Origin: Balamuthia mandrillaris
Taxonomy: Eukaryota
Direction: 5' to 3'
Length of the DNA: 64,000 bases
NCBI GenBank assembly: GCA_031835245.2
Contig: JAVKOQ020000033.1
Location: 124,001 to 188,000 of the forward strand
Below, piece after piece: positions 51,745 through 62,345 of the stretch. Made by a program: the position numbers and the translations under genes. Under the pieces are notes generated by a model that saw only the letters and a program-made list of their open reading frames with translations, was not told the origin of the DNA and did no database searches. How positions within the stretch are numbered: the stretch's first letter is position 1; each line of letters opens with the position of its first letter.

Positions 51745-52263
51745 TTTGGTATCCATTCCACCAACCCCACCTTTAAAAATGATACAGCCATGAACTGACG
51801 CTCTTTTCCTCGTTTCTGGCGTCGAAATCCATCGGGGAGGTCCACGGCATTACCCCCAAGAGTCTGAAAACAGCCAATGATGGCATTCCACGTCAGCTTT
51901 TCCAGATCATCTCGACGACTTTTCCTGTGATCGTCCCCTCAAAAGACTTTTTCTCTATAATTTCCCGCCAATTTTATACTCGGTTTTCGGGGGAGGGCGA
52001 AGACAGGGAAAACGAAGGAAAACCACCAGAGGAACTCGGGTGAATGGTGTCGCTTTTTGCTTCTCTTTGAAATGGAGTGGTTAATGAAAGTATATTGAAA
52101 ATGCGCCAGGTTTGATTTTTTGAAGAGCTGAACAAAAGGGAAGAGACAGGAAAGGTTTGTATCACCAAAATATCGTTTAATGGTTTAAAAAGTTTCGGAG
52201 GAGCACGCATCATTAAAAAAAAAAACTAAACAGGAACTATTTCATTTGTTGTTCAACCTAATT

Positions 52264-52725
52264 TTAAAAGAAAAGAGAGGAGAGGGAAGAGGCAGAGGAA
52301 TGGTTGTCGCTGCCATGCATATCACCTCCGTCGTTGCCATCGTGACCATCCTTTGAGCCTCCATCGTGTGCGCTGTGTCCATCGTGGCCATCGTTCATGC
52401 CATCACTCACGTTGCCGCCATCGTTCATACCATCCATTCCGTCCGTACCGTCATTTCCACCATTACCGTCATTTCCATTCGTTCCATTGCCTCCACCGGT
52501 TCCACCTCCGCCACCGTTTCCATCATTGCCACCGTTCATGCCATCCATTCCGTCCGTACCATCGTTCCCTCCGTCCCCGCCATCATAGTCATCCTCATAC
52601 TCGTCAGAATAGAAGTGGCCCCACTCGTTTCCATAAGAGGCGTCGCCATCATACACACTTCCTTGTAATGCCGAACCCAGTACAAACAGAGCGGCCAGGA
52701 GGCAAAGGTACAGTAGAGCCTTCAT
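52264..52725 (-). CDS. Secreted Gly/Asp/Asn/His-rich repeat protein, probable relative of 51219-51632
   Basis: Signal peptide 'MKALLYLCLLAALFVLGSA', repeats 'GGNDGTDGMDGMN' and C-terminal 'SSASSLSSLFF'. Confidence 0.8.
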   Translation of the reverse strand: MKALLYLCLLAALFVLGSALQGSVYDGDASYGNEWGHFYSDEYEDDYDGGDGGNDGTDGMDGMNGGNDGNGGGGGTGGGNGTNGNDGNGGNDGTDGMDGMNDGGNVSDGMNDGHDGHSAHDGGSKDGHDGNDGGDMHGSDNHSSASSLSSLFF

Positions 52726-52824
52726 GTTTGTTGTCTGGTTGGACACGGAGCACCCTGTTGTAGTAGTTGTTGTATGGAGTATGTGTTGTATGATGACAGA
52801 ATGAGGTTGTCTGTATTGTTTTTG

Positions 52825-52832
52825 TTTTATAG
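52825..52832 (-). promoter_or_regulatory. TATA box (CTATAAAA) of second Gly/Asp-repeat gene
   Basis: Lies 100 bp upstream of the ATG. Confidence 0.55.
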
Positions 52833-53348
52833 TTGACGGGCAGGAGCCAACCAGAACGTCACTTCCCCGCACTTTCAAATGTGTCCAAGATATTTCGATG
52901 GAACATCAGCGTGTTTGTGGAGCAGGGAGGGTTGTTATTGAAAACTCTAGGCCCCGCAATGAATCTGGATAGCATTTATATACTAGCTTGGTATTCCATT
53001 GCATATTTCCTGGAGAAAGTGCGACACCCAAGGTGAAACGAACAAACAAACAAATTCCCACGTAGAGAAGAGCATTCCTCAAGTTTTTGTCATGTTTTGC
53101 ATTCCGTAAGTTCCAAGAATGTTTTAGATTTTTAAAATTCCATAAAATCGGGAATTAATTAATTAAAACTGTATATAGCGCAGTAATGCCATACATAATA
53201 TTTTTCTGCGTTTAGTGTTGAAACACAGAAAAAAACTAGTTGGTTGTTATTTTTGTCGTGGTTCAGGAGGAAGAAGAAAGGAAAGAAACAAGGAAAGGAG
53301 TGGCAAAGCACGCCCTTGAGGAAAACCCAACCCCGCAGAATAAACAGA

Positions 53349-54181
53349 ATGTCTCATCTTTATCGTTTGGTGGTCGTTGGATCTGGCGGTGTTGGCAAGT
53401 CTTGTTTGACTATTCAATACGTCGCGAATCGTTTTATGCCCGACTATGATCCTACGCTGGAGGACTCTTACGTGAGTAGATTTTTTTTTTGTTGCTTTTT
53501 AAAACTTTTATTGTCGCCGTAACTACAAACTGAATTTTGATTGTTCTTGCAGAGAAAACAAGTAACTATAAACGATACAGAGTGTGTACTCGACATTATC
53601 GATACAGCTGGCCAAGATGACTTTATGGCCATCCGAGAATCTTACTACAAGGAAGGAGACGGTTTCCTTTGCGTGTTTGGTATCTCTCTCTCTTCTCCCT
53701 CTCTCTCTCCATGCTTTTCTATAAAATTTCTCCCTTCTCGTGCCTCTTCCCCTTCGCTTTTCCCTTTCTCTTTTCTCCTTTGCCTCTTCTCTTTTAACAC
53801 AACGATACAACAAATAAAATTAAAAAAATAAAAAAATAAACAACAGACTTAACAGCAAGAACAACATTCAGCGATGTGGAAGGCTTTCATGAAAGCATTC
53901 TTCGAGTAAAGGACGCGGACAGCGTGCCCTTCATCCTCATCGGCAACAAATGCGACCTAGAAGACAAGCGCGTCATCACCAAGAAAGAAGCTCAGGACAA
54001 GGCCAAGAGCCTCAACTGTAAATACTTGGAGACCTCGGCCAAGTTAAGGCAGAACGTGGATGAGATCTTTGCGGAGCTGGTCATCATCACGATGGAGGCC
54101 AGAGGAGCGAACAGGCAGCAAGCTGCAGGTGGCGGCAGAGAAAGGGAGCCCAAAGCCAAGCGAAAATGTGTGTTGTTTTGA
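53349..54181 (+). CDS. Ras-subfamily small GTPase, 3 exons
   Basis: G1 'GSGGVGKS', effector loop '[12 protein letters not shown]', 'DTAGQD', 'NKCD', 'ETSAK' and a polybasic CaaX 'KAKRKCVLF'. Confidence 0.95.
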
Positions 54182-54283
54182 GTCGGGTCTTGTTTTTTAT
54201 TTTTAAAAAATCGTTTGTTTGTTGTTTGTTTGTTGTACAGTTGCTGTACCTTCAAGGAAAGGAGAGATTGGAGAAACGTGAGA

Positions 54284-54322
<39 letters not shown>

Positions 54323-54440
54323 GAGAAAGAAAGGAGGGGGAAGGATGGCGAAGAAGTTTCATTTGCTTATTACAAAATGTTTGTAACAGAATAAAAAATG
54401 TTTGTGCGTTTATAACTTACAAAAGGTCGTGCTGCTTTAC

Positions 54441-55502
54441 TCACCAGTCTTCTGCTTCTGTCGTAAAGATACGTTCCATTCCAGCCGTTGCAGACAATGT
54501 AGAACTCGCAGAAGCACACCGAGACATGATGCCCGCTTTGGAATACTCCCCAATCCTGCGTTCAAACATGTTGGCTTTGCTCTCCAAAGAGATAAGCTCC
54601 ATCCAATAGAATGGATTAACGGCTTCAAAGAGCTTCTTGCATCCAAGAGCCACCATAAGCCGATCCGCCACAAACTCTATATACTGGCACATGAGCTCCG
54701 CATTCATGCCGATGAGTCGAACAGGAAGAGACTCGGAAACAAACTCCTTCTCGACGTCAACAGCTTCCGCAATGATCCGACGGATGATCTCCTCTGGCGG
54801 TTTTTCCCTTAACATACCGAACAGCATACAAGCAAAGTCACAATGCATGCCTTCATCCTTGCTTATGAGCTCGTTGCTGAAGCTGAGTCCAGGCATCAGC
54901 CCTCTTTTCTTCAGCCAGAAGATGGCGCAGAAGGAACCCGAGAAGAAGATGCCTTCCACTGCGGCAAAGGCGATGAGCCGCAGAGCAAAAGCTTGTGGCT
55001 TTTCTATCCAACGCAGCGCCCATTCGGCCTTCTTCTTCACGCTAGGCACCGTCTCAATGGCGTTAAAGAGCTTAGCCTTTTCTTTCACGTCTTTGACGTA
55101 GGTGTCGATGAGCAGCGAGTACATCTCCGAGTGGATGTTCTCCATGGCGATTTGAAAGCCGTAGAAGCAACGTGCCTCCGGCAGTTGAACTTCCTTCATG
55201 AAGCGGGCAGCAAGGTTCTCCACCACGATGCCATCCGAGGCAGCGAAAAAGGCCAACACGTGCTTGATAAAGTGGCGTTCGTCCTCCACAAGCTTGTGGC
55301 TCCAGTCGGTAAGGTCCTGCACCAGGTCTACCTCCTCCACCGTCCAAAAGCTAGCCTGGGCCTTCTTGTACATTTCCCAAAGGTTGTGATGGCTCAGCGG
55401 GAAGAGCACAAAGCGGGACTTGTTCTCCTCCAAAACCGGCTCTTCGTTGTCGTATTTCCTGTCCTCGTCCCACGTTAGCGCCATGCTCTGCTGGGTTGTC
55501 AT
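54441..55502 (-). CDS. RRM2: Ribonucleoside-diphosphate reductase small (R2/beta) subunit, class Ia, intronless
   Basis: 'RFVLFP', '[11 protein letters not shown]', '[13 protein letters not shown]', 'ENIHSEMYS', '[10 protein letters not shown]', 'DEGMHCDFA' and 'YIEFVADRL'. Single 353-aa ORF. Confidence 0.97.
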   Translation of the reverse strand: MTTQQSMALTWDEDRKYDNEEPVLEENKSRFVLFPLSHHNLWEMYKKAQASFWTVEEVDLVQDLTDWSHKLVEDERHFIKHVLAFFAASDGIVVENLAARFMKEVQLPEARCFYGFQIAMENIHSEMYSLLIDTYVKDVKEKAKLFNAIETVPSVKKKAEWALRWIEKPQAFALRLIAFAAVEGIFFSGSFCAIFWLKKRGLMPGLSFSNELISKDEGMHCDFACMLFGMLREKPPEEIIRRIIAEAVDVEKEFVSESLPVRLIGMNAELMCQYIEFVADRLMVALGCKKLFEAVNPFYWMELISLESKANMFERRIGEYSKAGIMSRCASASSTLSATAGMERIFTTEAEDW

Positions 55503-55651
55503 TATGTTGTCGTAATCGTAACTTGCTAGCTGTGCGTGAAAACGGTGTGAGCTTGCGGCACCACCAAAAGAATAGGGAAAAAATTAACGGTAGCGCGAGG
55601 GACATGCTGAAAGTGTTCGAAGAAAAACTAACCCGTTTTTAGTGTGTTCTC

Positions 55652-55692
<41 letters not shown>

Positions 55693-55819
55693 ACACAAAG
55701 CAGAGAAAAACAAAACAAAATCTTTATGACAAACAGAAATTCTAAAACAACAACTCAGGGCGTTCAAGTTGAAACAACTACAAGTAGGTACGAACCAGGT
55801 GGCTTGTTCAATTAATAAT

Positions 55820-57333
55820 TCAATTAGTGTCGCTGACAAAAAGCTCTGAACAAGGGATCCTCTGAAATCTTGTCCATGTGGTCCTTACGCATCGTGAGAG
55901 TTCCGACGATACCATCTCCGTCAGGCGCATCGCTTAGTACCACAAAGCCATCGGCTTTAACTGGCGGAATACCTGTTTTTATGTGGAAGAATTGCTCAAT
56001 GCTAATCCATCAAGAAAAGAAGAAGATGGAACGGAAGAAGAACTAACCCGCATAGAAAGGCGCGCTTTGACCAAAGTTGATATCATAGATTCCAAACTTG
56101 ACCCAATTGGTCACCGTGAAATCGTTTCCAAAGAATGAAGTGAAGGAAGGGATCACGAGAGAGGCGTCCTCCTGAGACTCCACCCACTCCAATGCATCCA
56201 GCAAATACTCCTTCGTCATAGAGTTAGTGGTATGTCGGACAAGCTTGGCACAGTCTCCCAAAGAGCTTGCCGCCAACTCCCCAGCTGTGGTGTCGATGCA
56301 ACCAAAGAAAGTGGCGTTGCCGAAGTACTCGTCAGGTATGTTATCCAACCGAATACGGCCATCGACTGCATAGCTTCGATGGTTATGAAGAATTAGAAAG
56401 AGCAGGCAAAAAGAACAGGCGAAAGAAATGGAGAGCATACCCAAGGCTAACAGGAGCAGCATCTTCAAAAGAACGAGCCTTGGTAATAACTTGCAAAAAC
56501 AGAGCCGAAACAGCATCGTTAGTGGACACAAACTCTCCACCTACACAAGTCTTTGACGCTTCCGCCTTCAGTTTGGCCAAGTCGCTATTCGAGAAGTGAA
56601 AGACTTTGACGGAGGTGGGAGGCATCTGGAAGGCAGAAAAGTCGATAGGTGCCGATGACGTAGACTTTTGCTGAACGTCGTACTCAGGATGGAAGAGTTT
56701 AGGGCCTTCGCCGGTGGCGTACAACAAGGAACGGTCATGACAGACTTTCAGGGCCGGTAGCTTTGCGCTAGGATCTGCCAGCATGCGAGCCGCGTTGGCG
56801 CTCCAGTCCCTGAGGAACTGGAAGTAACTGTGACCATCCACAAGGATGTGAGGGATGCCAAAGCCAACGGCGACAGCGCCGTCAGCAAAGTCCGTGACCT
56901 GCACAGCAAGCAGCGGTGAGTCCGGCTCCAACACTTGGTTCAGCTCCTCATCGCAGTAGAGGTTGTGCGGTAGGGGAATGAAGCCGTCGTCCAAAATGTC
57001 CTCTCTGGCTTTCAGGTTGCGATAGCCTGGCAAAAGTGAGCCGCTGTACCTGGCTCGGACGTAGCGAGCCCCAGCGTTGTTGCAGATGGCTTCCCAACGG
57101 CCGGTGGCGTCTTTTTCCATGCGCCCGGCCAACACGGGGTAAAACCTGAGGGTGGCACGGAGCGCGTCCAGCAGGTGCGTCGTGTCCAGCCGCTCGTAGA
57201 GGAACAGCACCTTGATGCGAAAAATGACGGTGGAGTTATCCGGTGGAGCCAGGCGGATGCGCTCGTTGGTGGCCTCATCCGGCGAGCGGGCCGCTACTTG
57301 TTCCAGCACTTCAAGCTTTGCGTTCGTCTGCAT
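55820..57333 (-). CDS. BAHD/transferase-family acyl-CoA acyltransferase, 3 exons
   Basis: 'TLRFYPVLAGR', 'PLLAVQVTDF', catalytic HxxxD 'HILVDG', 'STNDAVSA', 'AVDGRIRL...YFGNA' and DFGWG-like 'INFGQSAP'. Confidence 0.88.
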
Positions 57334-57760
57334 CCACCTCGTTTTTTTTTTTCTTTCCCGCTTTTCGCTTCTGGGTGGTGCGTGTGTGTATGCGTGGTGT
57401 GAGAAGAGATTTTGTTTTTGTTTTTGTTTTTGTTTTTTTTTTTTGGTGCACCAGCTTTGGTTGCAGCAGCAGCAGAGCGACAAAGCGACATAAAAAAAAA
57501 ACCCAAAGACAGCCTGAAAAGGATATCAATGGTCACCCTGGCTATCTCTTTGACGGTTGTAAGGCACACACCCAAACCACCCAATAGCCTATCGCGCGGC
57601 TACCCTTATTTGCCGACATTGATAATTCCAGATTTTTTTCGTGTTGCTTTCCAAGAGCAGCCCTGCTGGGGGAATGGAAGAGAGGCAAAAGGATAATTAG
57701 AGTTGAGGGAATAAAATAATTTTCAACATATTTTAATTATTATCAAAAATCAATAAAAAA

Positions 57761-58783
57761 TCAAAAACCAATTTTCACGTCCTCATGGTCGCGACGGAAG
57801 AAGGGGATCGTCCACCGAACAAGATAAGTCTTCTCTGCAAATGTCCAGGTTGTTGGCGAATCCAACCTGTGCTCAAAGTACAGTTTGAACTGTGCAATGT
57901 GAGCATGGTTGTTTTGATCTAATAAATCGATGTCTGTGTTGAACGGGAGGAAATCCATCATCTCTCGCAATTCAGCTTGATCAAGACGGGCACGCTTGAC
58001 AGTCACAATTAAAACGTGGTCATTGCTGTCATCCCAGTCCACTTCAAATGACAGCCCAGGCAACTGGCGAAAGAATAAAAAAAGGGAACGACTTGTGGTA
58101 ATATGCCACATAAAAAGTTTTATATTTATAGGAGAGATTCCTTGCAGCGAGGATGAAAGAGAGGAGGAAGAGGAGGAGGAGGAGGAGGAGGAGGAGGAGG
58201 AGGAAGAAGGGTTTTCTTCGCAGCGTCTCCTCTTAATAGGCGGGCTCCAAGGGTCAAAAGAAGCAGTGTTGTGGTACACAGTGACCTCTTCTGCTTCTTC
58301 TTCTTCTGGTTCTTCCTCCTCATCCTCTTCTGCTTCCTCTTCTTCATTCCTCTGTGCTTGAACGGACGGAACTGAGGCAGTTGGAGTGGAAGTGGCTTAA
58401 AAAAAAACCAGTCACAAAAATAATCTTCAAATAAAGTAAAAAAAAAAACTTACGTTGTGAAACAGCAGTTTGAGGAGGTACACCACACATTTGCTGGCGC
58501 AACTGAAGAAGATTTGGAAGCATAGACGCTAATAAAAAGAAAGATGAGAAAAAGATGAGAGATAATAGCACCAAGTTAAAAAAATCATACCTGCTTTTTG
58601 TGTGTTTTGGGTCTTTTCTTGGGTTTGTTTTTTGAGAAGATTCCATTTTTGTAAAATAGCACGCTCAGAACGGCGGGTGAGTTTGTCTTTAAGCTCAGCA
58701 AAGGCGTGCTCAGTCAACTCGGGCCCTGTTTTTTTGTACACATCTGTGATGATTGTTGTTTCTTGTGTGTTCCACTTGGGCAT
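57761..58783 (-). CDS. Transposon accessory protein: N-terminal Myb/SANT-like domain, acidic linker, NLS, C-terminal beta-rich domain (~300 aa, 3 exons)
   Basis: Exons 58783-58591, 58528-58454 and 58395-57761 (GT-AG) join in frame. 'KWNTQETTII...LTRRSERAILQKWNLLKK' fits the Myb W...RS..AI..KW pattern, and 'PPIKRRR' is NLS-like. Confidence 0.78.
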
Positions 58784-58928
58784 ACTGCAGTCTGGTTGTA
58801 CAAAAAAAAAACATCGTGCGGGTTGCAAAAAATTCTACTTAAATCATCCTCCGGAAAATTAAAATATAATCAATTACGAAAAATTTTCCTTTACTCCCGT
58901 CAAGGAAAAAAAGCGGTTCCTGTTTGCT

Positions 58929-59133
58929 GCTCAAAACACGCTCAAAACACGCTCAAAACACACACAAAACACATTCGGAGTTTTTGAAATTTCATCTGAT
59001 AGACGAATCAAAAATCAAAAAAAACAAATTTTGAATTATGATTGGAAAAATTCAAATAAATTTCGGAGCTTGTGAATGTGTTTTGTGTGTGTTTTGAGCA
59101 TGTTTTGAGCGTGATTTGAGTGTGTTTTGTGCA
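58929..59133. repeat. Inverted pair of tandem 11-bp repeat arrays (GCTCAAAACAC)
   Basis: Left arm 58929-58976 has three GCTCAAAACAC units plus ACACAAAACAC-ATTC. Right arm 59074-59133 is its degenerate reverse complement. Confidence 0.85.
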
Positions 59134-59345
59134 GAAGCAAAAAACCGACCTGGAAAATATCCCCGATTATTTTCCGGTTTATTTCTCCGGTTTATTTCTC
59201 CATTATTTTCTCCGATTTTATTTCTCCTTTTAAGCTTTTTATCCGTTATAGGCAATTATTTCAAAAAGCGATAATATATTTGAGTAACTTTTTCTTCATA
59301 ACACAAATTTTGACAATTATCATCAATAAGTTTAGAACGAAGAAG

Positions 59346-60320
59346 ATGGAAGAGTTTTTTTTGTTGCTTTCAACAGCAGAAACACTTATTCAAAACGTTA
59401 CAGAAAGAACATGGCGAGCACACTTTGGAGCTAGCTTTGAAACCACTGCCATTATTTGGGACATATTGAAAAGGTTTAAGTTTGAGCGTCCGTTGAAACC
59501 AAAGTACCTATTGTGGGCTCTTTATTTTTTAAAGGTCTACCCCACTGAAGATGTTGCCTGTTCATTTTGTTCTTGCACCCCAAAGACCTTTCGTTACTGG
59601 GTTTGGACTATCATCAAGGCTTTGGCTTCTCAGTTATCATTTGATATGTTTCAGGTTCATCTTTTTTGTTATTGTTTTTGATTTGATTTTGTTTTTTGTT
59701 TTTTTGTTTTATTTTGTTTTCCTTTTTTTCTTGTTGTTGGGTTTTGACTTTAGCATTTGTTTGTCTCACCTTTTTCTTTTTAGCAATTTGTTCAAGCTCA
59801 CCACACTTCAAGAACAGGAATCACAGGTATTGTGGATACCACCGAGTGTCCAATTCAGCGACCATCTGGTGTTAAAACACAACGCAACTTCTATTCTGGC
59901 AAAAAGAAAAAACACACACTTAAGTATGAGCTTGTTTTGGACCTTTCCACAGAGCTCATAACTTGGGTGAGTGGCCCTTATGCTGGCCGAGTACATGATT
60001 TAACGATTGCACGAGAAGGGCTTCTTCCTTATGTGGGACAACAAGAGCTTCTTTTAGGTGATAAGGCCTACCAAGGCGAATCTTGTTTTCTTACACCATT
60101 CAAAGGACATGTAACTGGTACTCTTTTAGAGTTTAACCAAGTTCATGGAGGAGAACGTGTTGACATTGAAAGGGCCATTGGTCGTTTAAAAAGCTTTTCT
60201 TGCTTGACCATCCCTTGGCGACACTCATTAGACAACCACAGCGCTTGTTTTCTTACGGTGGTTTGCTTAGTAAATTTGGACTTGTGTTTTTTTCCTTTAA
60301 ATAAAAACTGTCAAACTTAA
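59346..60320 (+). CDS. DDE_Tnp_4 (IS5/Harbinger-type) transposase, 2 exons, ~281 aa
   Basis: Exons 59346-59654 and 59784-60320 join in frame. HTH-like 'KYLLWALYFLKVYPTE...KTFRYWVW', and catalytic 'VDTTECPIQRP', 'FYSGKKKKHTLKYE', 'GPYAGRVHD', 'GDKAYQG', 'RVDIERAIGRLK.F..L..PWRH'. Confidence 0.92.
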
Positions 60321-60523
60321 CTCGTTCCCTCAACTCTATTGGTATTAATAGGCAGCCATTCCATTAAGCTTTTTGCGCTAATGAAGCAAACAGTTTGCGG
60401 AACGCGATGCATTTTTGGTGGTGGTGGTGGCAGATCGGGCTCACGACTAACGGAGGATAAAACACTATTGAAAATAACCGTGACGAAAGGAGGGAAGAAG
60501 GGTAGGGCGAAGAAGCGGCGATT

Positions 60524-61762
60524 TTATTGGCGATACTTGAGGACGCCCACCCAGTCAGAGTTCACACTGGGACCCAAAGACACATGACGCAAGGTTCCTT
60601 TGTGCAAGTCGGCAACGGAGAGACCGCCCTGCGTTAGGATGGACAGCTCTTTTGAGTTGATGTCAAAGTCAAAGGTGAGGGCTGTGCGAAGGTTAGATAT
60701 GAGCGGCCATTTGGGGTCACTGCTGCAGCTTCCAGAGCTGTCGTACTTCACTCGGACAGCTTTGACTGGGCCATTGTAGGAATCTCTTGTTAACCCCATC
60801 AATTCTCCTGTTTAAAAGGGGTTCTGCATGAGTAACAAGTGATACAAAAGATAGAAGGTGTCCAACCAAGAAGAACAAAGAGGAGAAAAAGCAGAAGAAG
60901 AGAAAAGAAGAACAAGAACAAAAGCAACACACATTCAGAACATGAGTACGAACATGAGGAACAAGAAGGGAGGAGAAGAGGCACATAAACCCGTACCATC
61001 ACCAGCATAAAACAAAGCCGACAAGTTTTCACACTTTTGAAGGTTGTATTGATGGAAGGAGACGCCAGACAGGTCCAAAGTGTGGAGCACTCCCTCATCA
61101 GCTACGGAAAAGTAAAGCTTGGCTTGATCAGGGCTGTAGGCAGCCAACAGGCTGCTGGAAGGAGAGCCCGAGATTGGGAGAGTGGCGACAAAGTCGACAG
61201 TAACGTTGGCAGAGGATGTAGTGTCAACGGCGTAAACGGCATAAATGCCTCTGGGTCCCGTCTGCCGAGTTGTTATAGCCAAAAGTTCTTTGTGATAATG
61301 TTAGAATTCACGGTTTTGTTCCAAACGAAACAAAAACACGTATAAAGAAAGACAAAGGAGGGAAACAAAATAAAAACAAGAGAACATACTGAAGAAGGAA
61401 AGAGAAAAGGGGAGAAAAGTAGACTAGTGTACGCACTTGGTCCCTTTTGTTGTTCGTTATGAAGAGAGAACAAATGGGCGGTGATGTTTGCATAGTGAAA
61501 CATCTTGGTGTTGTCCGCCCGTTTCGCTTTGAACAGTTTGTGGTCCAAAACGTCATGAATGGAAGTGAGCTTCCCGCTCAAACCAACAGCAGAGTCCTGA
61601 GCACTCATGATAGAACTGACTGTCGAGGTGTCGGTGTTGACGTTCACTTCGTAGAGAACGGTGTTACCGTTGTCATCGCTGAATGGCCAGTAAAACTTTT
61701 TGGTGGTTGGCTCATAAGTGCCAACGGGTCCTTGGCTTTTAGAAACACAAACAGTAAGAAAA

Positions 61763-61815
<53 letters not shown>

Positions 61816-62095
61816 ACAAATACAAGAAAACGAAAATGACACTTTTGGCACAATAGAAAAAAAAAAACGATAACAACGAACTAAAAGTGCAAGAAAAAGA
61901 TGGGAGTACGAACGTCCACCAGGTGTGGTCAATATAGGTGACGGGCGTGGTCTCTCCAGTTTTGGGGTCAATGCTGATCAGAGAGTTGTCAAAGTTGCCC
62001 GTGCCTATAACGCGGTTGTACACGCCGTACAGCGGGGTGGCTGAGCACACCGCCAGAAGAGCCAGCAACGCTACCAAACATCCACACAAGTTCAT
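60524..62095 (-). CDS. Secreted hypothetical protein, likely beta-propeller-like repeats, multi-exon
   Basis: Signal peptide 'MNLCGCLVALLALLAVCSA' and repeated beta-strand units ('LISIDPKTG', 'LYEVNVNT', 'AYSPDQAKLYFS', 'LHTLDLSG', 'FDFDINSKELSIL'). Confidence 0.6.
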
Positions 62096-62345
62096 CGTGG
62101 TCGGTCTGCCCTTTGGGTGAGGTTCTCTTTGTTTTCTTCCGCGCGAGAAGCTCGGCTTTTTTGCGTTTCCCGTACTAGTGTCATTTGGGTTAAATTTGTT
62201 TTGTTCATTATAACAGTTCAACCAATCATAAATCAAATAACCGAGTGAAAAAGAAATATGTCGACATTTAAATTACTAGACACGAGCCGGGAGAGTAGAG
62301 AGGACGTGAGAGTGCCCTTATCTGAAGAAAAAAAAAGACAAAAAG

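Larger units (their letters stand above)
57699..60337. mobile_element. Full-length PIF/Harbinger-superfamily (PHIS, Pangu-like) DNA transposon, 2,639 bp
   Basis: Perfect 13-bp TIRs AGAGTTGAGGGAA (57699-57711) and TTCCCTCAACTCT (60325-60337), flanked by ATT at 57696-57698 and 60338-60340. It encloses a DDE transposase and a Myb-like gene. Confidence 0.9.

Noticed and set aside
20005..54181. Functional cluster of RasGEF, DHDDS, RhoGEF, ICMT and Ras (prenylation/Ras theme)
   Set aside because: The genes are interspersed with unrelated ones, these families are abundant in amoebae, and DHDDS acts in dolichol synthesis rather than protein prenylation.
58929..59227. CRISPR-like or guide-RNA array in the transposon
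   Set aside because: The repeats are contiguous with no unique spacers, and no Cas/TnpB/Fanzor RuvC motifs are visible in the window.
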